57,941 nt of DNA, taken from contig JBGPEO010000001.1 in the NCBI GenBank assembly GCA_041482895.1, positions 1-57,941 of the forward strand, in the 5' to 3' direction. Below, piece by piece: positions 35,872 through 44,015 of this stretch (positions are counted from its first letter, which is position 1; the number at the start of each line of letters is the position of its first letter). The notes beneath the pieces are model-generated. The model was not told the DNA's origin and did not search any database. It worked only from the letters and a program-made list of their open reading frames with translations. This DNA comes from Candidatus Dormibacteraceae bacterium. GTDB taxonomy: Bacteria > Chloroflexota > Dormibacteria > Dormibacterales > Dormibacteraceae. Both the position numbers and the translations under genes were made by a program.

Positions 35872-36803
35872 TCGAGCAGAAATGTTTCCAGAGCCAGGCG
35901 TGGGCTGACGTTTTGCTCGAGGTAGCCGAGCGTGTCATACGAGAGCTCGATCAATCGTGCCCAGCGGCCCTGCTCGCGGCCGCGACTCGCCAGCATCCTC
36001 TTGCGCAGCTCGAGCTGCCAGCTCGCGATCGCGAAGAGCGCCGGGTCCTCCGCCTCACCCTCGTTCTTCCGCCAGGCCATCTGTCCCGCATCGAGCTCCG
36101 CCGCCACCCGCAGCGGCACGTCCGCGGGAGCGCCGAAGACCTCCTCGAGGCGGCGGGTCCATTCGTGGTGGAGCTCGATCACGCCCTGGTCATCGGCGAC
36201 GCGCGCCGCCCATCCCGGGCGGCCTCGCGCAAGCTCGGCGATGAGACGTGCCCGGCCGGCGTCGACGCCCTGCCCCGCGAGCAACTTCTCGATCTCGGGC
36301 GCGGGCACTGGGTGAAAGAACACGCGCTGGCAGCGCGATACGACCGTGGGCAGCACGACGAACGGATTGAGGCTCGGCGTTGTGAGGACGATCACGCGAT
36401 GCGGGTGCGGCTCCTCGAGCGTCTTGAGCAGCACGCTCTGGTCCTGGTCGCGCAGGCGGCCGACGTTCGCAAGCAACGCCACGCGGCGCGTCCCGACGGC
36501 GGGTTTGAGGTTCAGGAAAGCCTGGAGCGACAGCTCGTGGAACTCCGGCGGCTTCTCCGGCAGGAGGCGGATCTCGTTGATCGAGAGCGGCTTGATGCGG
36601 TCGTCTTCCCAGTAGTCGGGGTGCCGGCCGAGCGCGGCCTCGGGCAGCAAGGCTGCCGCAAGCAACCGCGCAACGGTGGTCTTTCCCAGGCCCGACTCAC
36701 CGACGAACAGGTACGCGTGAGCGAGGCGGCTGCTCTCCACCTGGGAGCGCAGCTGCTCGAGCGCTTGCGGCTGACCGGCGACGCTCGAGAACGGGTCGGT
36801 CAC
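35853..36803 (-). CDS. holB: DNA polymerase III subunit delta'
   Basis: Inner part of ORF 35853..37310 from GTG at 36803 (GTGA overlap with the pgsA stop). It has AHAYLFVGESGLGKTTVARLLAAAL, LKTLEEP and VSRCQ. Confidence 0.8.
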   Translation of the reverse strand: MTDPFSSVAGQPQALEQLRSQVESSRLAHAYLFVGESGLGKTTVARLLAAALLPEAALGRHPDYWEDDRIKPLSINEIRLLPEKPPEFHELSLQAFLNLKPAVGTRRVALLANVGRLRDQDQSVLLKTLEEPHPHRVIVLTTPSLNPFVVLPTVVSRCQRVFFHPVPAPEIEKLLAGQGVDAGRARLIAELARGRPGWAARVADDQGVIELHHEWTRRLEEVFGAPADVPLRVAAELDAGQMAWRKNEGEAEDPALFAIASWQLELRKRMLASRGREQGRWARLIELSYDTLGYLEQNVSPRLALETFLLECRKAS

Positions 36804-37495
36804 GGCGTCTGAGGAGGCGCGGCTCGCCGGGCTTTGGTCTCGCGCTCGAGGGCGAGGCGCTGCGCGCGACCCTGCAGCCACACCTCGCGGATCCGCTGCA
36901 GCGCGGTAAGGTTGGTCACGACCGCAAGCAGAAAGACGACCGCGTAAAGCACTACGCCGCCGAAAACTCCAGAAAAGACGAGGCCAATCACCGTCACGAC
37001 CACGCGTTCCGGCCGCGCGAAGAGCCCGGAGTCGCAGGTAAATCCGAGGCTTTGCGCACGGGCCCGCACGTAGCTGACCAGGAAGGATCCGGCCAGCGCC
37101 GCAAGCGTCGCCAGCACCAGCCATCGCTGGAGCGGGCCGCCCAGGCCGATGAAGTACGCAGTGAGACCGGCGTAGATCGCCCCTTCCGAATAGCGGTCGA
37201 GGGTGGAGTCGAGGAATGCGCCGTACGGATAGCTCGCATGGGTCGAGCGTGCCAGGGCGCCATCGAGGATGTCGCACGTGCCGGCGAAGATCAGGACCAC
37301 GCCGGCCCACCGCAGCTGGCCGAAAGCCACCAGGAATGCCGCGGCGAACGTGAGCGCCACGCCCACGACGGTGACCTGGTTCGGAGTCAAGGGCACGCGC
37401 CCGACCGCCGACATCAGGGCTTCGGCCTTGCGGCGGACCCAGGCTTCAAACCGCGTTGTGAACATGTCGCTCCCCTGGTTGCCGGGCCCCGTCAT
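36800..37495 (-). CDS. pgsA: CDP-alcohol phosphatidyltransferase (phosphatidylinositol-phosphate synthase type)
   Basis: DILDGALAR-x8-GAFLDSTLDR matches D(x2)DG(x2)AR...G(x3)D(x3)D. It has multiple TM helices, and an alternative ATG lies at 37465. Confidence 0.85.
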   Translation of the reverse strand: MTGPGNQGSDMFTTRFEAWVRRKAEALMSAVGRVPLTPNQVTVVGVALTFAAAFLVAFGQLRWAGVVLIFAGTCDILDGALARSTHASYPYGAFLDSTLDRYSEGAIYAGLTAYFIGLGGPLQRWLVLATLAALAGSFLVSYVRARAQSLGFTCDSGLFARPERVVVTVIGLVFSGVFGGVVLYAVVFLLAVVTNLTALQRIREVWLQGRAQRLALERETKARRAAPPQTP

Positions 37496-38612
37496 GTGCG
37501 GCCTCGCGCGCTTCTTCGTAAACCTCGATCACCTGCGATGCCACAGCGTCCCACGCGTAGCGTCGGGCCTTCTCGTGGCCATACGCTCCCATGCGACGCC
37601 GCAGCTCGGCGTCCCTGGCCAGGATGATCAGCGCCGAACCCAACTCCGCCCATCCCTTCGGGCGCACGGTCAGGCTGTCGTGCCCGGGCTCTAGCACCGA
37701 CATGTAGCCGGGAACCTCGGTGGCGACCACGGGCAGCCCAGAGGCCATCGCCTCCAGGAGCACGATGCCGAAGCTCTCGGCGCCCGTGGCCGGAGCGCAG
37801 AAGATGTCCGCGCTGTTGTAGTAACGCGGCTTCACCGAGTCGGGGACATAGCCCGCCATCACGACATTCGGAAGCCGGTGGCGGGAGATGTAAGACTCGA
37901 CCCGGCCCCGCAGGGGTCCGTCGCCGACGATGATCAGGCGGGACTGCGGCACGCGCTCTCGCATGAACTCATAGCCCCGCAGCAGGTCGCCCAGCCCCTT
38001 TCGCTTCTCCAGCCGGCCGACGAAGAGGATGTTCAGGTTGTCATCGCGCAGGTGACGGATCGGTGCAAGACCTGGCTTGAAGACGTTGACGTCGATTCCG
38101 TTCGGGATGACCCGGAGAGGGAAGTTGGGGAAGTAGCGGTTGAAGAACATTCGAGCGGGCTCGCTCACGGCGATCCCTCGATGGATGTGCTCGAGGTATG
38201 GCTGCAGGATTCCGCGGCCGTAGTAGTACCCGATGTTGGAGTGGGAGAAGGCGTGGAAGGTTCCCACGTTTGCTGTGACCGACATCCGCAGCATTGTGAG
38301 CGGCAGTGCGGGCAGCAACGGCTCGTGGAAGTGAAGCACGTCGAAACGCTCCTCCTCGATGATCGCGGCCACGCGGTTGCCCAGGTGAAAGCTCAGAGTG
38401 ATGCGGGCCACCGAGTCGTTGACCGGGACAGCGATAGGGGTCCCGATCCGGTAGAACTCGGGCGTGTCGAAGTCGATGTCGGAGCGGCTGGAGGGGGCGA
38501 AGATGCGCACCTCCTGGCCCTGCTGCCGGAGCTGCCCGGCAAGGTATCGGACGTGGTCGTTCACGCCGCCGGGCGAAGCGAAATCGTAAGGCGAAACGAG
38601 CCCGACCTTCAC
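37446..38612 (-). CDS. pimA: GT4 glycosyltransferase, phosphatidylinositol mannosyltransferase PimA-like
   Basis: Inner part of ORF 37446..39038 from GTG at 38612: VKVGLVSPYDFASPGGVNDHV...FHEP...GRLEKRKG...ESFGIVLLEAMASG. It is collinear with mycobacterial PimA. Confidence 0.75.
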   Translation of the reverse strand: MKVGLVSPYDFASPGGVNDHVRYLAGQLRQQGQEVRIFAPSSRSDIDFDTPEFYRIGTPIAVPVNDSVARITLSFHLGNRVAAIIEEERFDVLHFHEPLLPALPLTMLRMSVTANVGTFHAFSHSNIGYYYGRGILQPYLEHIHRGIAVSEPARMFFNRYFPNFPLRVIPNGIDVNVFKPGLAPIRHLRDDNLNILFVGRLEKRKGLGDLLRGYEFMRERVPQSRLIIVGDGPLRGRVESYISRHRLPNVVMAGYVPDSVKPRYYNSADIFCAPATGAESFGIVLLEAMASGLPVVATEVPGYMSVLEPGHDSLTVRPKGWAELGSALIILARDAELRRRMGAYGHEKARRYAWDAVASQVIEVYEEAREAAHDGARQPGERHVHNAV

Positions 38613-38624
38613 CGTGATTCCCCG

Positions 38625-38738
38625 CGTCGCGACAAGGCCGGATTTACTCCGGCCGTCTCCCACGCGTCCCTTATCAAGGCGCCTCCCCCTCGTGGCCAGG
38701 AGAGGGGGGTCCGTGGGGGGATCCTGATCCCCCCGCGC
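38625..38738 (-). repeat. Copy of the GGCCGGAGTAAATCCGGCC repeat family inside the PIM operon
   Basis: The plus strand reads ...AAGGCCGGATTTACTCCGGCCGTC...CCCTTATCAAGGCGCCTCC...GGGGGGTCCGTGGGGGGATCCTGATCCCCCCGCG. It fills the 130-nt gap between the acyltransferase stop (38743) and the pimA start (38612). Confidence 0.8.
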
Positions 38739-38742
38739 TTTT

Positions 38743-39615
38743 TCATGGCGAGTTGGCCCAGATGGCGTGTGGAACATGCCACTGCTCGGGATGGCGCCGG
38801 ATGAAATTCTCGATCTGGTGCAGCACCTGCTCGGTGGCGCGCACCTGGTCCGCCCGCGGGTTCCCCGTGTCCTCGGCGAAAACCAGCGGAGCGGCCTCCG
38901 CCTGGTACGTATCGTCCGGCAGCCGGTAGACACAGACAGGGAGGATCGGCGTGCCCGTCCGCAACGCAATCGCGGCGGGGCCCAGCGGAATCGGCGCGAG
39001 CCGCCCGAAGAACGGCATCGGGAAGCCCGTACCGACAATATCGCGGTCGATCGCCGTGACCACCATCTCCTCGTCGCGCAGCGCCTGCAGAACTTTGCGA
39101 ATTCCCCCCGTGTCGAGCGTCAGGACGCTGATCCCGAGCCTGGCTCGTGTGTCGCGATACCACTCGAACATCTCCCGTGGTTCCAGCTCCTCGGCAAAGA
39201 AGCTGACCGGGGTGATCGTCGCCGACCAGATCGCGGAAACGACCTCGTACGAACCCATGTGGCACGACACGACGAGCACTCCCTTGCCGAGAGCGCGAGC
39301 CTGCTCGAGATGCTCCATTCCCTGCACCTTCAGCCAGGGTCGCATGGTCTCGACGGAAGTCCTCGGCAGCATCATCAGGTCCGCGTATGCCTTGGCGTGA
39401 TTTCGAAAGTTGAGCCACGAAACGCGTCGCAGCTCGCGCGTGTCGTGTTCCAGCTCTGGGCACGCGATCTTCAGGTTGTATTCGAGGCGCGGTCTGGCCA
39501 GCGGGGAGAACAACCATGCAAATCGCGCCGCCAGCACCGCGAGCGCGTACGCCAGCGGGCGCGGGAACCGCTCCACCACCGATTGCACGGCCTTGAACGC
39601 GCGGTATCGCCACAA
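38743..39615 (-). CDS. LpxL/HtrB-family lipid acyltransferase (PatA-like), paralog B
   Basis: 290 aa, collinear with lauroyl/PIM acyltransferases (NFRNHAKAYADL..., VSCHMGSYE HX4-type motif). The TTG start is 1 nt after the upstream stop. Confidence 0.8.
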   Translation of the reverse strand: MWRYRAFKAVQSVVERFPRPLAYALAVLAARFAWLFSPLARPRLEYNLKIACPELEHDTRELRRVSWLNFRNHAKAYADLMMLPRTSVETMRPWLKVQGMEHLEQARALGKGVLVVSCHMGSYEVVSAIWSATITPVSFFAEELEPREMFEWYRDTRARLGISVLTLDTGGIRKVLQALRDEEMVVTAIDRDIVGTGFPMPFFGRLAPIPLGPAAIALRTGTPILPVCVYRLPDDTYQAEAAPLVFAEDTGNPRADQVRATEQVLHQIENFIRRHPEQWHVPHAIWANSP

Positions 39616-39616
39616 C

Positions 39617-40534
39617 TCACCGCTCGGCGTGAGTGAACATCGGACGGAACGCGTACCACTGGTCAGGACGCTCTCTGATGAAGTCCTCGAAGCGGTTGAC
39701 CACGCGCTGCATCAAACCTTCTTTCGTCTCACCGGGCGCCCACGTCAGCGGGGCGTCGAGGTGGACGTGATGGTGACCCGGGGAGGTCGCGTACTGCCAC
39801 GCGGGCATCAGCGACGCGCCCGTCTTGAGCGCGATGGCGGCCGGTCCGCCGGGAACCACCGCGCGCCTGCCAAAGAATCGAACGCCCACCCCCGGGCCCT
39901 GCTCGAGATCGCAGAGCAGGGCGACGATGGCGTTGGCCTGCAGGGCCTGCGTGATGCCGCGCACCGCCGACCGGCCCAGCGCGATGACGTTCAGCCCAAA
40001 ACGCTGGCGGGTGCGAACGACCTCATCGTCGAGCGATCCCGGGAAGCGCTCCGCCACAGCAGAGATCGGATATCCAAGGGCGCCCGCGTAGGACCCCGCC
40101 ATGTCCCACGAGCCCATGTGGGGAACGGCCATGATCGCTCCCCGGCCCCTGGCGAGCGCGGCATCGACGTGGTCGAGGCCGTCGATGCTCATGCGCTGAC
40201 GGAGCTCTTCGGGGCTGAGGCTGCCCATGAGCAAGAAGTCCGTGAGCATGCGCCCATAGTTTTGAAACGCGCGGCGAGCAATCCGCGCAACCTCTGGGTC
40301 TGAGCGTTCGCGGCCGAGCGCAGCCGCGTAGTTCTCCAGGGCTGCACGCCGCTGCCCGGCGCTGAGCCAGAACCACGCCGCACCACCCGGCGCAGCAGCG
40401 GCGTGCCGGAGCCCCGGCGGAACCGCCCGCAGAACCCTGGCACTGACGCGGTAACTAGTGCCGAGCAGGCGCAGTCGCGGTCTTGGTGCGAGCGACCCGT
40501 CGGGGTACGCGGCCGTTTCCTCCCGCTTTATCAC
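39617..40534 (-). CDS. LpxL/HtrB-family lipid acyltransferase (PatA-like), paralog A
   Basis: 305 aa with AVPHMGSWD and RHPEQW/ERPDQWY blocks parallel to paralog B. The start is uncertain: the track start at 40534 overlaps ino1 by 80 nt, while CTG at 40468 would overlap by only 14 nt. Confidence 0.75.
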   Translation of the reverse strand: MIKREETAAYPDGSLAPRPRLRLLGTSYRVSARVLRAVPPGLRHAAAAPGGAAWFWLSAGQRRAALENYAAALGRERSDPEVARIARRAFQNYGRMLTDFLLMGSLSPEELRQRMSIDGLDHVDAALARGRGAIMAVPHMGSWDMAGSYAGALGYPISAVAERFPGSLDDEVVRTRQRFGLNVIALGRSAVRGITQALQANAIVALLCDLEQGPGVGVRFFGRRAVVPGGPAAIALKTGASLMPAWQYATSPGHHHVHLDAPLTWAPGETKEGLMQRVVNRFEDFIRERPDQWYAFRPMFTHAER

Positions 40535-41639
40535 CCTCGATGAACTCCTCCACCAGGCGTCGTGCCTCGTTGTCGCTGTACTGGACGGGCGGAGACTTCA
40601 TGAAGTACGAGCTCGGGCTTTCCAGCGCGCCGCCGATTCCGCGGTCGAGAGCCAGCTTGATGCAGCGAACCGCGTCGATCACGATGCCCGCCGAGTTCGG
40701 CGAGTCGTGGACCTCGAGCTTGAGCTCGACGTTCAGCGGCACGTCGCCGAAAGAACGGCCCTCGAGCCTGATGTAAGCCCACTTGCGGTCGTGCAGCCAG
40801 GGCACGTAGTCCGAGGGACCGATGTGCACGTTTTCCGCGCCTACGTCGTAGTCGAGCTGCGAGGTGACCGAGCGAGTCTTCGAGATCTTTTTCGACATCA
40901 GCCGGTCACGCTCGAGCATGTTCAGGAAGTCGGTGTTGCCACCGAAGTTCAGCTGGTACGTTCGCTCGAGCTTCACGCCGCGGTCCCGGAACAGGCGCGT
41001 CAGCACGCGGTGGATGATCGTCGCGCCGACCTGCGACTTGATGTCGTCGCCGATGATCGGGAGACCCTTCTCCTCGAATCGCTTCTGCCAGTACGGTTCG
41101 CGAGCGATGAAGACCGGGATGCAGTTGACGAACCCGACACCCGCAGCAAGCGCCTGCTCGACGTACCACTTGGTCGCCTCTTCGGAGCCGACCGGCAGGT
41201 AGCTGACGACCACGTCGGCCTTCGTCTTCTTGAGGATGCCGACAACGTCCGCCGTCTCGCCTGGCGCCTTCTGGACGATGTCCGCCAGGTATTTGCCGAT
41301 CCCGTCGTGCGTCATTCCGCGCTGGACCTTGACGCCCAACGGGGGTACGTCGCTGAACTTCACGGTGTTGTTGGGGCCGGCGAAGATCGCCTTCGAGAGG
41401 TCGAGGCCGACCTTCTTCTTGTCGATGTCGAAAGCGGCTACGAACTCGATGTCGCTGATGTGGTAGCCGCCAAGGTTGACGTGCATGAGGCCGGGCACGG
41501 CCTCAGTCTCTGATGCGTTGCGGTAGTAGTGCACGCCCTGGATCAGTGAGGAGGCACAGTTGCCGACCCCCACGATGGCGACGCGCACCTTGCCATTGCG
41601 ATGGCCATTCTTGTGGCCGTTCTTTTGACCGTTCTTCAC
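40455..41639 (-). CDS. ino1: myo-Inositol-1-phosphate synthase
   Basis: [22 protein letters not shown]...NCIPVFIA...[12 protein letters not shown] at 41639 overlaps the ArsR stop (GTGA). The N-terminus carries (KNGx)4, and an alternative GTG lies at 41588. Confidence 0.9.
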   Translation of the reverse strand: MKNGQKNGHKNGHRNGKVRVAIVGVGNCASSLIQGVHYYRNASETEAVPGLMHVNLGGYHISDIEFVAAFDIDKKKVGLDLSKAIFAGPNNTVKFSDVPPLGVKVQRGMTHDGIGKYLADIVQKAPGETADVVGILKKTKADVVVSYLPVGSEEATKWYVEQALAAGVGFVNCIPVFIAREPYWQKRFEEKGLPIIGDDIKSQVGATIIHRVLTRLFRDRGVKLERTYQLNFGGNTDFLNMLERDRLMSKKISKTRSVTSQLDYDVGAENVHIGPSDYVPWLHDRKWAYIRLEGRSFGDVPLNVELKLEVHDSPNSAGIVIDAVRCIKLALDRGIGGALESPSSYFMKSPPVQYSDNEARRLVEEFIEGDKAGGNGRVPRRVARTKTATAPARH

Positions 41640-41959
41640 GCCCCGACCTCCTCACGAACTTTCACTCGATCTTTGATTCCAAGCAGCTGATCCAGCCGCG
41701 CACGCTCGCGCGCGATGGTTTCCAAATCCAGGGAGCAGTAGACCTGCCGGCCCTCGCGCCGGGTACGGATGATGCCACCAACGCGGAGCATCCGTAGGTG
41801 CCATGAGATCCGCGGCTGGCTCATGTGCAGGTGGGTGGCGAGGTCGTTGACGTTCTCCTCGCCAGCCTTGCCCAGACGCTCCAGGATGCGGAGGCGGGTG
41901 GGGTTTGCAAACCCCAAAAAGTGGTCCGGAAGCTCGTGACGCTGGGTCTGGAGAAACAT
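41636..41959 (-). CDS. ArsR/SmtB-family transcriptional regulator
   Basis: [58 protein letters not shown] matches the ArsR wHTH. Confidence 0.85.
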   Translation of the reverse strand: MFLQTQRHELPDHFLGFANPTRLRILERLGKAGEENVNDLATHLHMSQPRISWHLRMLRVGGIIRTRREGRQVYCSLDLETIARERARLDQLLGIKDRVKVREEVGA

Positions 41960-42004
41960 AACGGTTGCTTTATATGGAGTCTAACGCATAAAGAGTCCGT
42001 TATG
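41957..42004. promoter_or_regulatory. AT-rich imperfect palindrome abutting the ArsR start codon (candidate operator/promoter)
   Basis: CATAACGGTTGCTTTAT-...-ATAAAGAGTCCGTTATG has outer arms CATAACGG/CCGTTATG and inner arms GCTTTAT/ATAAAG. On the gene strand TATAAA lies 9 nt upstream of the ATG, with no SD, so a leaderless or short-leader mRNA is possible. Confidence 0.3.
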
Positions 42005-42064
42005 TGTGCGGGGGCCTTCACACCGGCCCGATTGGCGGGATTTCCAGCTAAGCGCGGAGCTTCG

Positions 42065-42643
42065 CTAGTGGCGGCGGACCAGGTCCAGGAACTCCGCGCG
42101 CGTGCGCGGGTCTTTGCGGAACGTGCCGAGCATGCACGACGTGATCATCTGGCCGCCAGGCTTCTCGACTCCGCGCATCTCCATGCAGAGGTGACGCGCC
42201 TCGACCACGACCCCCACGCCCTTCGGGGTCAGCGTCCCGTTGAGCGCCTCCGCGATCTCCTTCGTCATCCGCTCCTGAAGCTGTAACCGGTGTGCGAAGA
42301 CGCCGACGAGGCGCGGGATCTTGCTCAGCCCCACCACCTTGCCGCGTGGCAGGTAGCCCACGTGGCAGGTGCCAAAAAACGGCAGCATATGGTGCTCGCA
42401 CAGGCTGTAGAAGGGGATGTCCTTGACCACGACCATCTCGTCGTAGTCCTGGTCGAACACCGCATCCGAGACGACATCCTCGGGCTTGACGCCGTAGCCG
42501 TCGGTGAGCTGGCGCAGCGCCCTCGAGACGCGCTCCGGGGTCGCCCTCAAGCCCTGGCGCTCCGGGTCCTCACCCAGCTCGGCCAGCAACGACTCGACCA
42601 GGTCGGGTATCTGGTCACCTGAGCGGGGCTTGCTCTTGGCCAT
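42065..42643 (-). CDS. folE: GTP cyclohydrolase I
   Basis: Inner ATG at 42643 (MAKSKPRSGDQ...). It has GLRATPERV, FYSLCEHHMLPFFG, KIPRLV and QERMT. Confidence 0.9.
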   Translation of the reverse strand: MAKSKPRSGDQIPDLVESLLAELGEDPERQGLRATPERVSRALRQLTDGYGVKPEDVVSDAVFDQDYDEMVVVKDIPFYSLCEHHMLPFFGTCHVGYLPRGKVVGLSKIPRLVGVFAHRLQLQERMTKEIAEALNGTLTPKGVGVVVEARHLCMEMRGVEKPGGQMITSCMLGTFRKDPRTRAEFLDLVRRH

Positions 42644-42903
42644 GCTAGTGCCTCGGTCCCCGGGGACCGCCGCATATTTCGCGGCATCGGCGGCCGGAGC
42701 CAAGGAGAGGGTGGCGCAAAGAGGAGCGCCCCCTGCGGGATCCCTGCGCCGTGGTTGCGCGGGGGCGGCGACGCGGCGCCGGGCCCCTCGACGCAGGCTT
42801 CAGCGCCGCCCGGGGTCCCCGCGAAATCGCAGATTTCGTGGGGTGGGCATGCGCCCGGCCGCCTAGGCCGCGAAGATGCAAGGGACCCGGGGGCTGAGGC
42901 ACT
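42644..42903 (-). promoter_or_regulatory. Structured 5' leader element, copy 2 (candidate cis-regulatory RNA; MITE not excluded)
   Basis: Same conserved blocks as 741..975, in the same orientation relative to the downstream gene, with a longer variable insert. The closing helix AGUGCCUC.../...GAGGCACU ends 3 nt before the folE AUG and contains GAGG. Confidence 0.45.
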
Positions 42904-42927
42904 CGTGAATGCTCACACAATTGATGG

Positions 42928-43935
42928 GTGGATGCGATCCCGGCGGCACAGGTCCTCTCGGAGATCGGGTACCTGCTGCGCCAGGACCCCGACGAGAAGT
43001 TTCGCGCCAAGGCGTTCTCGGCCGCGGCATGGTCGCTGGCGATCGAACGGCCTGACCTCGAGTCGCTCCACAGCCGGAACGAGCTGACCTCGCTCGAGGG
43101 GGTGGGCGCCGGCATCGCCAAGGTTATCGCCGAGGTGCTCGAGACAGGCCAGAGCCGCTACCTCGAAAGACTGCGCGAGCAGATGAAGCAGCCCGCCCGA
43201 GAAGACGAGTCGGTGCTCGACTTCAGCAAGTACAAGGGCGACGTCCACTCCCACTCGACCTGGAGCGACGGCAAGTCGACGATGTTCGACATGGCCAGGG
43301 GCGCCGAAGCGATGGGCTACATGTATCTCGGAGTCACCGACCACTCCCCGCGGATCAAGGTCGTCAATGGCCTTGACGCCGACCGGCTGCTCGCGCAATC
43401 GCGCGAGATGGCTGAGGTGCAGGCCCAGGTGCCCGGCGTTGCGCTGCTACAAGGCATCGAGGTGGACATCCTCGAGGACGGGTCGCTCGACCTTCCAGAC
43501 ATGGTCCTGGAGCTGCTCGACGTGGTGATCGCGTCGCCGCACGTGAAGCTCCGCCAGGAACCGGCGGCGATGACGGAACGAATGCTGCGCGCGGTCTCGC
43601 ACCCACACGTCGACGTGATCGGCCATCCGACCGGACGCCGCCCGGGTTCGCGCGAGGGAGCGAACTACGACTTCGAAGCGGTCTTCAAAGAGGCGGCGCG
43701 GAACCACGTGGCGCTGGAGATCGACTGCGACCCGGCGCGCATGGACCTGTCCCCGGAGATGGCGCGGTTTGCGCTGGAGCTGGGATGCAACTTCAGCCTG
43801 GACGCCGACGCCCACGCGCCGGCCGAGTTCGCCTACGTCCCGATGGGAATGTGGATGGCGCGGCGGGCCGGCATCCCGATGGACCGCATCCTGAACTTTC
43901 TGCCGCTGGACGAGCTCACCGACGCTCTGAGCTGA
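42928..43935 (+). CDS. HhH + PHP-domain phosphoesterase (PolX C-terminal-like; no polymerase palm domain)
   Basis: The N-terminal helix-hairpin-helix region (LTSLEGVGAGIAKVIAEVLETG) is followed by PHP motifs (GDVHSHSTWSDG, GVTDHS, IASPH, GHPTGR, LDADAH). Confidence 0.8.
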   Translation: MDAIPAAQVLSEIGYLLRQDPDEKFRAKAFSAAAWSLAIERPDLESLHSRNELTSLEGVGAGIAKVIAEVLETGQSRYLERLREQMKQPAREDESVLDFSKYKGDVHSHSTWSDGKSTMFDMARGAEAMGYMYLGVTDHSPRIKVVNGLDADRLLAQSREMAEVQAQVPGVALLQGIEVDILEDGSLDLPDMVLELLDVVIASPHVKLRQEPAAMTERMLRAVSHPHVDVIGHPTGRRPGSREGANYDFEAVFKEAARNHVALEIDCDPARMDLSPEMARFALELGCNFSLDADAHAPAEFAYVPMGMWMARRAGIPMDRILNFLPLDELTDALS

Positions 43936-44015
43936 GGTGTTTCTGCTCGCCAACTGAGCCCGCGCTGCGGGCACTTCCACATCGCGCGCACCGGCGCGGC
44001 TTACGATCTGAACCG

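Noticed and set aside
35853-37310. Very long N-terminal extensions of the composite track ORFs 8569..10062, 19216..20544, 20121..21494, 23282..25291, 35853..37310, 37446..39038, 17697..19223 and 43785..44924.
   Set aside because: The upstream parts run through neighbouring genes in a different frame and are low-complexity. Internal GTG, TTG or ATG starts give canonical N-termini, usually with 4-nt stop/start overlaps to the preceding gene.
41588-41639. The (KNGx)4 peptide repeat at the Ino1 N-terminus (a 12-nt DNA periodicity) as a functional tag.
   Set aside because: An alternative GTG at 41588 gives the canonical [11 protein letters not shown]-terminus, so I cannot tell from sequence whether the repeat is translated. 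It is noted only as start-site ambiguity.
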